From: Cycas panzhihuaensis
Lineage: Eukaryota; Plantae; Cycadophyta
Reading direction: 5' to 3'
Assembly: GCA_023213395.1 (NCBI GenBank)
Contig: CM041465.1
Location: 71,679,741-71,743,740 of the forward strand
Length of the DNA stretch: 64,000 nt
Shown here in pieces: positions 32,588-45,752 of the stretch; within the stretch, counting starts at the first letter, position 1; each line of letters starts with the position of its first letter. The position numbers were made by a program, and so were the translations under genes. The notes beneath the pieces were generated by a model. It was not told the origin of the DNA, searched no databases, and worked only from the letters and a program-made list of their open reading frames with translations.

Positions 32588-33427
32588 TTGCAACACTTTT
32601 AGAAAGAGCACACCTTGTTTTGAACAGTTGCAGGACTACGTACACCTTTCAAAATCCTTCAGATTACTTAGAATGAACTTAGACGAGTAGATTTTTCTTC
32701 AAATTCACTCTGCATTGCTTTTGATTTGGTTGTACACGTGCTTGCATGCCCAATACTGCTTTTGTGATGCCCAATTTGAGCCCAATGTTGTTGTATGGCT
32801 TCGATTTGAAGTCCAACGTCACTGTATACCTTCCAATGTTGGTGCCACAAGCGTATAAGGTGCCAAATACGATTTGTAACTTTAGATGGCCACTATTCTC
32901 AGTTTCAAATCGATCTATGATCTCCAATCTCTGAATCTAGCCGGTTAGTGATAAATTCACTTGTTACCAGTCTCAATCTAAGTTCTAACATCGATTCAGG
33001 CTCTGATACCATGTGAAAGTTTATGTATATGCAGGTTGCAGGTTGATTATCTATCCAACCAGAGGCTGAGACTACTGCATGCTAGGATCATTCACAAGGG
33101 GACTCGAACACTAGATATATCGTGGAAAACTCTCGAGAGAGAAAACCCACCAACACAATGTTTTAATATATTAAACATAAAACAATACAAAGTGTTTCAG
33201 AGGTGAGATGGAGCACGAAAAGATCGTTGAGATCACATGATCTTGAGTTGGTGATTTGAATATCAAGGAGGTATGAATATATATACCCCAAAGGGGTACC
33301 ACGTAAGGTCATATCTTTTCATCATGTCTTTTCACCAATGGACATGTCCATTCATCACACCTGCACACACTAATTAACCCTAATGAAGCATTAAGTTATA
33401 GTTAACCTAAGTTAACTATCGCTAATA
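28713..33427 (-). mobile_element. Element H: 4.7-kb non-autonomous mini-Copia with gag and strongly shortened pol
   Basis: Highly similar LTRs 28713-29128 and 33012-33427. Perfect PBS complement GCTCTGATACCA at 33000-33011. PPT complement TCCCCCCTT. Perfect TSD GAAGT. gag starts at ATG 31600 (FDGTNFEEWK...; knuckle CTY*QKIGHRKKDC). Confidence 0.95.
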
Positions 33428-33459
33428 GAAGTGATAATGTCCTTTGAATATGAGCATTC

Positions 33460-36400
33460 TACAGAGCAAGTAAAATATTTAAATCTCCTCCAGAGGTAAT
33501 TATATTAGAAACAACAAGTATATTTATACATGAAGTACAATGCAACTGACATACGAGATGACGACATATGTCATACACTTGTCACCAAATATAAAAAGAG
33601 GGAATGTGACCCTCAATGTATAGAAGTCTTAAGTGAAACATTATAATCTAACACCCTCTCTTAATGTTTCACTCTTTTAGTCCCAATTTGTCTCTGAGAA
33701 ACAGAAACCTATCTTTATTAAGAGGTTTTATCAATATATCTGCAATTTGTTCAGCCGATGAATGGTATACCAAATCAATTTCTTTATTTTGCACTTTTTC
33801 TCTTATGAAATGATAACGAACCTCAATATGTTTTGTTCGAGCATGAAGGACAATATTCTTTGTCAATTTAATGGCGCTTTGATTATCACAGAAAAGAATT
33901 GTCGGTACTGTCTGTTTTTTATCTAGATCTGATAAAAGTTGTCTGAGCCATACTACTTCACATGTTGCATTGATAGCTAATTTGTACTCTGCTTTTGAGA
34001 GGGTAACTGTAGCTTGTTTTTTGCTACTCTAGGAGACTGTTGTTGTTCCAAGTAAAAAACGATGACCACCTGTAAATTTTCTATTTTCTCTGTCTCCAGC
34101 CCAGTCTAAATCACAGTAACCAAATAAATTTTCTGCCATATCTTTTAGATAAATGAGCTTTAAATTGATCAAACCCTTTAAGTACCAAAGAATTCTCTTT
34201 GCTACTTTCTAGTGTTTGATCTTGGGACCTTGCATATATCTTTAGACCAGACTTACTATATATGAAATGTCTGGTCTGATTGCAATAAGATAAATGAGGC
34301 TACCAATCAACTATTTATAGAGTGTTTCATTAACATTTTCATCACTGGGAGCGAGATCACATCCTATTTCCATAGGTGTGACACAGGGATTACTCTCTTC
34401 CATTTTAAACTTAATCAACAGATTTTTGATGTATCTGCTTTAGGATAAAGAAACTGAATTTTCTTCTTGTCCTATTTCAATTCCCAAATAGTAATTCAAC
34501 AATCCCAAGTCAGTCATTTCAAAACCTCTTTTTAGTTGACTTCTTATATCTTTAATTGATTCAATGTCACCACCAGTGAGAATCATAGCATGAACATAGA
34601 TAATTATGATTGTAATCAAACCTTGCCTTTTTTGTGTGTACATGATAGATTTTGAACTACATCTGCTAAACCCAGTCTAGATGAGATATTTATCTAGTTT
34701 TGCATACCAAGCTCGGGGAGCTTGTTTCAACCCATACAAGGCCTTTTTTAATTTGCGAACAAGGTTTTCTTTACCAGCTTGAATAAAACCTTTTGGTTGC
34801 TTCATATACACTTCTTCTTCGAGATCACCATTTAATAACACACTTTTCACATTTAATTAACATATTTCTAATTGTTTTGAGTTGCTAAGGCTATTACAGT
34901 TCTCATAGTATCAAGTTTAGCAACTGGAGAAAAAGTCTCTTCATAATCAATTCCATAAGTCTGAGTATAGCCCTTGGCAACTAACCTGGCTTTGTATTTG
35001 CTTATTCTTCCATCTACATCTTCTTTAATCTTGTATACCCATTTGCAGTTGACTATGGGTTTTCCTAGAGGTGGACTTACTAGATCACAGGTTTGATTTT
35101 TCGTGATTAACTCTATTTCTTTGTTCATAGCATCTTTCCATTCTTGGTGATCTTTAGATTTTCAAATGATTGGGGTTTTATATATGTCAGAAGAGCATGA
35201 GGCATTTGACTTCTTGTTTTATGAGCATATATGTCTCCTTTGCTTGCTTCAATGGTTTTAAGATACCACTTGGGTATCCTTTTCCCTTCTCTGCCTTCAT
35301 CATCATTTCTAGTTTCAACCTCGCCTGATATTCTTTCTCCTTATTCATTAATAGAGGAGTCCTAGGATTCCCTCTCTGCATTAATTGTCTCTATATTCTT
35401 TGATGTGATTTCTGAAGTTTCTTTAACTAGAAACCGAAGTTGAACTAACCTTTTTGGACTTTCTTTTATCAGTTGTACTTTTGTGCTTTTAAGATGTTCA
35501 TGTTCATCAGAAACAACATCTCTGCTAATATAGACCTTATTTGTTTTAAGGTCTATACATTTATAAGCCTTAGAATTTTTGTTATAACCTACCATAATAC
35601 ATTCTATGCTTTTGGAATCTAATTTAGTCCTCTTTTTATCTAGGATATGGACAAAGGCTTTACAACAAAAAATTCTTAGGTTACTTACATTCGGTTTGAT
35701 GTTTGTCCAAACTTCTTCTAGAATAATATGGTCCAATATTCTTGTAGGACTCTTGTTTATTAGATATACAACTGTGTTGACGGCTTCTGCCTAGTAAACT
35801 TTAAAATTTGACTTTGTTCGATCATGCATCTTACCATCTCCATGATTGTCCTGTTCATTCGTTCAATGACTCCATTTGATTGAGGAGTGTAAGGAGTAGT
35901 TAATTGTATTTTGATCCCATGAGTTTTGCAAAAGTGATGAAAATCACTTGATATGTATTTGCTTCCACCATTGGACTAGATACATTTTATTTTTGTTCCA
36001 GATTCTAATTCGACTTCTACTTTAAATTCTTTAAATTTTTCAAAAACATCAGATTTATTGTACAAAAAATAAATCCAAGTTTTTCTAGAGAAGTCATCAA
36101 TAAAGGACAAAAAATATCTTACACCATTAATGGAGCATGGTGTAAAAGGGTAGCAGAGATCAGTGTGAACCAACTCTAGCTTATTTTGACCTTTCCATTC
36201 ACTGGCTTTGAAAGGAAGCCGATGTTGTTTTCCTAAGATGCAAATTTTGCAGTTAAGATGTTGGAAGGAGATATCTGGAAGACCATCAACCATTGTAAAT
36301 TTTTTTAATTGCAACAATCTATCAGAGAAGATGTGCCTATACTTCAAATGCCATAATTTATTAACATCATTGCTAACCATAGTACTTGTTTTTTCATTGT

Positions 36401-38646
36401 TATTAACCGGTTTTGAAAGTAACTTATATAGATTGTTACTTTCAATACCTTTGGCAACCATCATACCTCCATTTTTCATATCTAAAATATAGCAAAAACT
36501 ATTCTCATCAAACATAATTCTCAACTTATTTTTCATAAGTTGAGAAATAGAAAGGAGATTCTTTTTAGACCTGGAACAAACAAGACATTACCAATTCTTT
36601 TAATTCCCTCTTTTATTTCGATGGCAATGGTGCAAATTCCTTCAATGTGCAAGGGTTGTTTATCTCCAAGTTCAACAGATTTATGAGAAACAAATGGTTT
36701 TAATGATTCAAACTAGTCTTTTCTTCCAGTCATATGTCTGGATGCCCCTGAATCAATGTACTCGATTTCTTCATCATTGAGACAAGCAGTGAGGGCTGCA
36801 AGGAATGTCGTTTCTTTCTCATCATCATCATCTTGCTCTTTATTGAAGTTTCTAGCAAGTTGCTTGCCTTTATTAATTTCAGCTCTCCTTTAAAGACATT
36901 AGTAAGGATAATGTCCTGATCTGCCACAATGATAACATACATCGAAGACCTTGCAATTGCTAGAATAGTGGCCAAGTTTACCACAGTTAAAGCAAACTCT
37001 AACCTCTCTGGGAGGTATATTGCAACCTCTTCCGCAAGTGTCATGACTTCTTCCTTGGGTCATGCTTCTTGATTTGGATGTTCTGCCATGTCCTCAAGAC
37101 TGACCCTTGCTTCTGGGTCCTAAATGGAGTTTGGACACAAAAGCGTCTTCAATTTCTGTTGTATCCTCATACCACTTATTTCTTTACTCTTGTCTGAGTA
37201 GGAGACTTGTCAAGGTATCAAGGGTCATCATTGATTTGCTCATTAATAGTGATAGTATTAATTGTGACATCAAAGGACTTGCGTTGTTTGCTTGCAATCA
37301 TCTCGACCAACACTTGTTCCTCTATTTTGGTGCCTGTACTTGCTAGATTATTCCTAATGAAGGTGACTTTGTGGAGAAATTCAGAGATAGTTTTAGAATC
37401 TTTCATACGCAATTTAAATAGATCTTCTTTGAGAGCTATGATATGAGCCTTATTTTTTTGACCATGCAAATTTTTAAAAAATTGCCACATTTTTTAAGAG
37501 GAATTTAAATTTTTAACACAGACCAAAAGTGAATATGAAGTGAAGAGTTTCAAAGTGATTAGTCTAGCATTATCTCTTTCCTACCAGTTGGGATAATCCA
37601 AATCATCTTCATCTGGTTTTGGTTCTCTACCTATAGCAATTCTCTAGCCATTTTTTGCCCTAAAAATGTCTCTATTTTTATCTTCCAAATATGATAATTC
37701 TCGGAAGTCAGTTTGTCTTGATTTAACAGAGCCAGAATAGATGATGCCATTCCTAAATTGATGAAAAAATGAGATTCAAAGGATTGTAACCAGGTCTGTC
37801 TGTACAATTGTATGGATTTCTATACGATACCAAAGTTATACGGAAGAGATAAAAAGTAGCCCTAACTTCAAGAGGATGAAAATGGGTATCCAGAAATACA
37901 AATATTTTTCTGAGTTCACTCTGGTCTGAGAGAAAAGCGATGAGAAAGTTGGAAAAACACGCGACTAGGGTTTGACGTTTTTGATGAAAAAGTCCACAAA
38001 AAATCAGAAATAATCTAGCAAAATCTGTGTCACATCCTTCGACCTTGACTTAGATAGAGATTTGATATGATAAACACCAAATTTAAGAAGAAAATCCTCA
38101 AGAAATTAAGTGATTTAACCTCAAATCCGTGCGCCTGAAGAGGAGGTCGAAAGTCCCTCGAAATGAGCTCAGATCAATTTGACGCAGAGGCAAAAATTAT
38201 TGAGGAGGCCAAGATCTACAAATTGGGAAATTTTGAGGCGATTCTGACAACTTCAATTTTAGAGGTCTGTACAATCGTACAGATCTGTACACAATCCATA
38301 TACAGAGGTTTTTGAAATTATCTTTCACGATTAGAAGACCCAATTTTCTTCTTGATGATGATCTCCTCTTTGACTCCAGATGTGTTACAAAATTTCTTCT
38401 TGTAGATCAAGAGAATACTTTAGCCAGGCAAAGTGTTCCTACTCTGATACCATGTAGAGCAAGTACAAAATCTGAATCTCCTTCAGAGGTGATTGTATTA
38501 GATACAACAAGTATATTTGTAGATGAAGTACAATGTAACTGACATACAAGATGACGACATGTGTCATACACTTATGACCAAATATGAAAAGAGGGAATGT
38601 GTCCCTTAATGTATAGAAGTCCTAGGTGAAACATTATAATCTAACA
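33460..38646 (-). mobile_element. Element I: compact 5.2-kb Ty1/Copia with ~194-bp LTRs, decayed
   Basis: LTRs 33460-33653 and 38453-38646. PBS complement CTCTGATACCA. Perfect TSD CATTC. gag with two zinc knuckles, protease IDSGASRHMTG, integrase LELVHTDLC..FIDDFSRKTW, RT YKARLVAKGYTQTYGIDYEETFSPVA, RNase H HARTKHIEVRYHFIRE..QIADIL. Confidence 0.96.
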
Positions 38647-40561
38647 CATTCACTTGGTTCTTGGATACAAGGGGACTTTTCAACAATTACAAATTACATC
38701 TTTTCTCTTATCAATTTGAGTTGCATTGACCATCGAGCAGGATTCATTTTGGTGAGTAGTGGCAAGGGGGATATCATCTAGCTTGTGTAAACCACCATCT
38801 TCATGTCTTGTGACCACAAGTTTACCGGTTGCATGATTTGTAATTTCATAAATGCCCTGGCTAAAGAGGACATCTAGATTCTGTTATCAATCTAGCTAAT
38901 GGAGAACAAGTTCATCTTCATTCCTAAAACAAGGAACACATTGTTGATATGGTATCTGATGTTGGAATATTTTAATGCTATTGGAGCCCTACTAATTTTG
39001 GTCACATTATACATCAAATTATCACAAAATGTAACTGTATGAGTGCTTATTGGGTAGGTTTCTTCCAACATCTTTTCTAAATCAATCATGTGTTTAGTTG
39101 CACCCAAGTCAAGGAGCCAAGAATTTTCATCAAGTTGAGAAGATATAACTGCAAAGAATAAATTGTGGGAGGAGGAATCTTGGTTGTCTCCTACATTGCC
39201 TCCTTGTTGCTGATTGTTTTGTTGGTTCCTTTGTTTTTCGTTGGGGAATCACTGCATGTTCTGTGGTATTTGACTTTGAGTAGGTCTGGATTTCAATTCT
39301 GTTGGTAGAATTGTCCTTGTGGTTGGAATGATAGCCCTCCTTATAGATAAATAGGGCCACCTTGTTGGAAATAGGGGATTTTTGTTGTAAAATAGGGCCT
39401 CCTTGTTATCAGAAAAGGGCTCCCTATGGAGGGCATGGTCCTCCTTGTTGATAGCTTTGTCTTTGTTGCTAGTAACTTGGACCACCTTGTTGATAAAAGG
39501 CTACTACCTGTTGATACAATGGGGTTGTTGGTTGATAATATCGTACAGCTTGTTGGAAGTTAGGCCTATAAGATTGGCTCCCTTGATTTTGCAAGAGTTG
39601 TAAATCAGTTTGACGTCTCCTGCATTCAACAGTGAGGTGTCCTATTTTTTCATAGTAAAAGTAGGTGGCATTTGGTCTACTCTGTTGGTTCTTTTATGGT
39701 TGAGATTGTAGTTGTTGTTGGGGTTGTTGTCGGTGCTGACTTAGATTGGAGGAGGTGCCAACTGGTTGTTACTATTGCTAAGTTGGCTATTGATGTGGCT
39801 CTTAAGTGATGTTGAGAGAGTCTAATTGTTAAGCAAGGTTTTGGAGTTAACTTGGTTGCTGAGTTATTCTTTGTATAGTCTTGCCTTTTTCTAAGTTATG
39901 GATTACAAAGGTAGGGGCAGAGTAAAAAATAGATATAACCCCAAGTCAATTGAAAATGTTCTCTTCTCGTAACAAGAGCTCCTCAAAGGTGATGAAGTTC
40001 ATTTTTGAATAATTTTTATGAAGTTTAGAGACAAAATTATTATATTCTATGGGAAAAGTGTTTAGGATATTAGATATGAGGTCATGATATGAAGGTGGTT
40101 CACCTAGGATTATCAATTGGTTCCTAATAGTCTTTACTTCAATCAAGTGGGCTATGATAATGCTTGTAAAAGGGATGGCAAAGAGGCAAGCTTTAAGGGT
40201 CAAGGACCTAGATTCATCCTTTCTCTCATAAAGAGCACAAAGAATGGTCCATGCCTCATAAGATGTTTCAATTATTTCTATGTTTTGATCCACTTGGTCT
40301 TCGACCGCCAAGTGGATGAAGGACAAAGCAATATTATCCTTAGCTTTAAAGCTAGCCAAGGTTATAGGATCAGGAGGAATTAAGGTATTAGGGTTGTTGG
40401 GGTCTTGAGTTGGTCTAGGAAGGGGTAGGTTTCCATTGCCATAAGCCTAAAAGTCATTCATGATAAGTAGATTTTTTACTTATTTTTTCTATGATATAAA
40501 ATAGTTGATACCATTTAGTTTAACTGTGTTGGATAATAACATTTGTGATGCTATTTTTCTA

Positions 40562-40592
<31 letters not shown>

Positions 40593-43565
40593 GTCTTTAG
40601 ATTTTATGTGCTTGTGAACTAATCTACCTAAGATGTTGCTAATCTAGAATTCTAAGTTTTAAGAATCTATAAAAAAGTTCTTAGTTACTATTCTGCCTAT
40701 TAGCACATGCCCACAAGTGGCAAACCAGGGATCTTATATACTTGTACATGAGCTCAAGGTTCTATATATCTCAATACACGTGGTGCAATGAATGTCTAAG
40801 AACTCCCTGATTTGTTTTTCCACCTGCGCCAAACTTATGTCTAGCAACAGATCTAGCGGTAAAAACTTAACTAACTAAGGTACTCACCCTCTTCGGGTCT
40901 AGCCTGGTCTCCAAACTTTAATAGAAATATTCCCACCTCAGCTTGCCACCTATTACACCTTATAGCCAATGGTTTTCTCAACAAAGTAGAGTATACCAAT
41001 GGCGTGTACGGGATGGTAACTTCAGGGTCCTAACCGTTTCCCTTGCAAGATTGGTATAAAGAGGTTAATTTGGGAGTTATCTTTTTAATATGATAATATT
41101 GATTTTATGAAGTGAGTTATTATAAGTAAAGTTTTTTTTTTAACAAAATAACTAAAATATGAAATGGAAATAAAAGAAATTAATGAAGAAGGAAGGATTT
41201 AGAGTGCTCTTGAGTGAGCTTGCACAAGAGAGATCCACTTCAATCTTTCAAGAGTGACACCTATAAAAGACCAACGCCATGCACTTTGTTAACCAGAAAA
41301 AATAGAATAAAACAGCTGACAAAAGGTTAACAATAGCTTAAAGCAGCAAAAGAACTTTTGAAAAACTAAATTTAGCCTTTAAAGAGTGAAAAAAAAGTGT
41401 GAAGATGCTCAAACACCAAGCTCTACTTTGGTAGCTTATAACTTTAGCAAAACAACTTCAAATGTAGCTCAATCTGATTCCAAATTGTAGCCCTCTGAAT
41501 TCTCTTTCCAACAGTTCAAACAGTTAAAAAATCGAACACTTGGTTGCAAAGTTATGGCCAAAATAGTGGAGGTACCTTGTTATGAGAAAAAACTTAAGAG
41601 GGACGAGCTTAAGCCCCTTTAGAAATTAGCCCCTAGTTGCCTGCAGACTACATAAAACCACTTGTTGATGCAGCTAGGGGGTTTGTGGACTAGAAATCTT
41701 ATAAAAAACAATCTAAACTTTTTCATTATGCAAAAATAATTCAAAATGGCATAAAGTCTTTTGAAGTTTGCCCTATTAAGTGAAGGCCATGGTCATATGA
41801 GTGTTCAAATGACTAAATCAAAGGGGCTAGCCACTAGATTTCAGTGAAAAACGAAATGTAACTTGATTTAAATCACTAAAGTTCAAATCTTATTGAAAGA
41901 ATATAAAAAATTTTGAGAAAATATAAGTCGTGGAGGTCTCGCGACCTGCGTACGACTTTAGACAGCCTGCGTAAAGGAACGAAGGCCTGGAACACAGCGT
42001 AAACCCAATATTACAATATGAAATCACCAAAGGGGGGACAAAGAGCCCAAAGGAAGCTAATAGATGGTGGTTTTTCAGAAAAAGAGCTTTGGACGAATAT
42101 AAACGAGTTACGGAGAGCAAGGGGCCTGTGTGAGCTAGACAAGCTAGAAACGAGCTTTGGACTGCATAAAACTCATTTGAATAGACTCCAACAGGCTAAG
42201 AATGAGTCTAGATAACCACCAGAGAGAGATATTGTTCCAACAGGCGTATACGTCTCAATCTATGGTTGAAATGGCTTGGAAACAAACCTTTTTCACGGTT
42301 ATTTACTCAAAAACGAAACCCTGACCACATATGGTTATAAACAAATTGAGTATCAGTTGTATAGGGTTGATATATGTTGAAAATGGTCTGCATTTCATGT
42401 TAATATTGTAGTATGCACTAACAACTACAAGCAAAATAAAGAAATGAGTCGAAACATGGTGTCATTATGAGGGAATGGGTCTCCGTTTTCTAATATTTTC
42501 TAAAAAATCTTCAAGTCAAACCACAAACTAGCTCTGAAAGCATGCTAAAAACCTCCAAGATCTAGAAATCATGTGCTACTGATCAAATATCAAACTATAT
42601 TATCAAAATAATGCAATACACAAGCAAAATAAGAGCATAACAACGATAGATCAAAGTGTACGGGTGAATTGGTCACCATGTGAGGCTCAATTTGGGTAGA
42701 GCTTCCACATATAATTCAAAATCATATACGAAAGAATGATGCAGGGCTTAATTTATAAGCAACCTGTCAATATTTTCAATAATACAATTGGCCGACTAAG
42801 CGGCACATGCGGCATACCCGACCTGATTATCAAACATAATTAATTTAACAATGTGGATTGCCTTAGGGTACAAAATACATATGATGTATATAAAATTAAT
42901 ATATATTACAAAGAAATAAGGGTGATATTACAAAGTTTTAACAATCATTTTTTGACATTATTTTTTAGAAAGTGATTTTTTAATTTAATTCAATTGGAAT
43001 AAAATTTGGATTTTGCATATTTGAATTAAAGATAAAGCAGATTGAATTATTTTTGTAAGGTCATTTTTAGAATCAATTAGTTTGAAATGTAATTTGAAGT
43101 CTGCTAGCCCCGTAGCGGTTGTTAGAAGTATTAATGTCACTTTTATGTTATTATTAAGTTATTATTTAAGTCACATGTATAATTTCTGATTTAAGTGATT
43201 CTAAAGTTAAATGTTTAGAGTTTTATTAAATTATTATGTGGAAGGTCGTTGAAATGCGCAACCGCCCATTTCAACGAACCTTTCTTGGTATTAATACTTC
43301 TCCTAGATTCAAAGAGATGGTTCCAAGAATCTAGGAGGCTATCCAAAAGCCGGTTTCAAGGCTGGTTTTGTCTTTCATAGGTAGTTTTAATTATGGTTTA
43401 TGCATAGCTTTTCTTCTTAATAAAATTCTAGATTTAAGAGGTGGTTTTTCTTTCCCAGAAGGGGTTTTCCACCTATCAACCCTATGTACATGTGCAATGT
43501 CTCTTTCTCTTGTATCTTTTCTATTCCTGTGATGTTATGACTTTGTACATGTGCCTATTCTATCA

Positions 43566-44215
43566 TGGTATCAGAGCCATAAGAACAAAAATGCCCAAAA
43601 CATTCCATGTAGCAGCTAGTGTTCCAAAGAATGATAGCCAACTGATGAGAAGGCTGTTTAGAATTGCATGAATTAAAAGGATTCCCCCATAGAGAGCTAT
43701 GACCACATACTTGGAAGCCTCGTATCCACCGCCATTAATGCCCCCTGTAATGAGTAGAATAATTACTTGAAGCAATTGCGCGAGAGAAAAGTCCACACTT
43801 GTGGTGATTGCCCACTAGCCAACTATGTTAAACCAACCTGTTATCCACGCAGCGAACGGTCCCCATTCTTTACCAGAAAGTTTGGCACTCCAATAGTAGA
43901 GACCTCCGGAAGTCGAATAGGAACAACAAATTTCAGCCATGGAGAGACCAACAAACAAAGTGAAGAAACCAACAATCATCCATCTGTATACCATGGTGAC
44001 TGGACCTTTCGTATATCGGTCAGAACAGACATTATAGAAAATGAGAAGGCAAAGTTTTCCAGTACCGAAAGATCACGCTTAAGCTCTTGTTTGTAGCCGA
44101 GCTCATGTAGACGATTGTGTCCAAAGTCTGCCGGGATCCGATTGCCAGAAGATTTATTCCGTATGTTGATGCCATCCTTCTCTAAGCTGTTAGGAGAATC
44201 GACTTGCCAACCCAT
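43566..44215 (-). pseudogene. BAT1: Processed 5' part of a BAT1/GABA-permease-type (APC superfamily) amino-acid transporter mRNA
   Basis: RLHELGYKQELKRDLSVLENFAFSFSIMSVLT, then a short deletion with frameshift, then GPVTMVYRW..VGLSMAEICCSYSTSGGLYYWSAKL..WITGWFNIVG*WAITTSVDFSLAQLLQVIILL..GGILLIHAILNSL..WNVLGIFVLMALIP. Collinear with Arabidopsis BAT1 as I recall it, with no introns. Confidence 0.93.
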
Positions 44216-45752
44216 GAAAGAGAGAGCATGAAACGCAGAGAATCATTTCTTCCCGCTCAACAACAGTTGCTTGGATTACCAGTCTTGCTAATCGCAAGAA
44301 TTGGAATCAAGATGTGGATTCTCCTCGTCTTTTCGGGAGGAAATCAACAGATGAGTTGTTTCCTTTGACATTTACGCTCAATGCCAACCCCCAACAAACC
44401 AAAAACCCAACAACAGAAACTTCCGAAATAGCGGAGATAATCGCTCTGCCGCCATTGCTGTAACGCTCTAGACCTTCGACGTCGTCGCGTGGAGAGAAGG
44501 GCGAAAATGAGGTAGGGTTTCAAGGTATTAACCCCCGGACCTCAATCTTTTTCAATTCTAGTTTTCTTTAATGAATCGAAACCTGTCGTCGGGTTCGCAT
44601 TCCAAACGATTTTATGAATTGAAACCTTCCATCAGGTCTATTCAATTCTAGTTTTCTATTAGTTACATTTCAAAAATTCTAGTTTTCATTGGTAGAGGCT
44701 TTAATAGAAATATATATATTTCCACTTTCTTTAATATTGCAAATAAGTTTGATAATTTAATAAGTATAATTTCATTGGTTTCAAGTTGGATTTTATATGT
44801 TTCTTCCAGTTTATAATGCACATACACACAAGTAGATATTTCTAATGGTCTGTTATAGGTTTAGCATGAGAAATTTGAGGAGTTTGCTACAAATTTGATG
44901 CTTAATTTATGAGTTTGATTAGTCACACTTCTATTAGTTACTTTCAACATTTCTTTCCATTATATCTATTGCTTATATAAGGTGCCCATTTTGACCTCAT
45001 ATCATTCTCCATAAACTTTAGCATATCATATACATTATTTCTCAAGATTGCTCTAGTGTAACCATTAATTTGCTTAACTTTTTGAGATTCTTTTGCTTAT
45101 ATTTTGATACTATTTCAATTATCATCTACTCTATAATGGTGTTATGTGGATTACATTTGTAGTTTTGTCAAAAATTCTCTATATCTAGTATAAATACTAC
45201 TAAAATTTTCATAAGTCTAACAATTTTAACTGGGAAAATTTCATGTGTTACATAAATATGTTTTATGTCTTATAGCTTTTAGTGAATGCTATTCTCACAT
45301 CTTTTACAAGATTTCTTCAAGGTACCACAAGCATGCTACAAATTTCATCATGTGGTTGGTAAACATTATTGAGGTACATTTAATTATCATTTTAAAGACA
45401 TTAAAATAAATAAATACTCAGGTTTTTTTTTTTTTTTAGAATTACTATATTCTCAGCCTTATTTGCTAATCAACAATAGTAAAATATAGGAATTTGAACA
45501 CTTATTTTTAAGGGGAACTATTTATTTTTTAATTAAGGAGGATAATTTCTTTAAGAGGGACTATTTTTCTAAGAGGAATTATTTATTTAGCAACATGTGA
45601 CTTTTAATTAAGGAAAAACCCAGTAATACATGCTACAATGCTTTCTTTTTCATTCTTTAATCATGCATGTTAAAATGTTAATTTGATGATTAGTAATCTT
45701 ACTAAGTGATTATTTTTCACCTACCATTAAATCCTTCAATTTTCAATCAAAC

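Larger units (their letters stand above)
25544..42943 (-). mobile_element. Element G: decayed full-length Ty1/Copia nested in C, hosting H and I
   Basis: LTRs 25544-25938 and 42543-42943. PBS complement GCTCTGAAAGCA at 42531. PPT complement CCCTCCCTT. Perfect TSD ATCAT. gag ~39600-40550, protease WLLDLGATKHM ~39100, integrase ~27830-28700, RT/RNase H ~25975-27450. Confidence 0.95.

Noticed and set aside
43566-43579. tRNA-Met gene
   Set aside because: Only the 12-14-nt PBS complement is present, here and at the other elements; there is no cloverleaf.
43563-44215. BAT1 as a functional host gene
   Set aside because: Truncated after roughly the first 40% of the protein, frameshifted, carries an in-frame TAG, and sits inside an LTR element.
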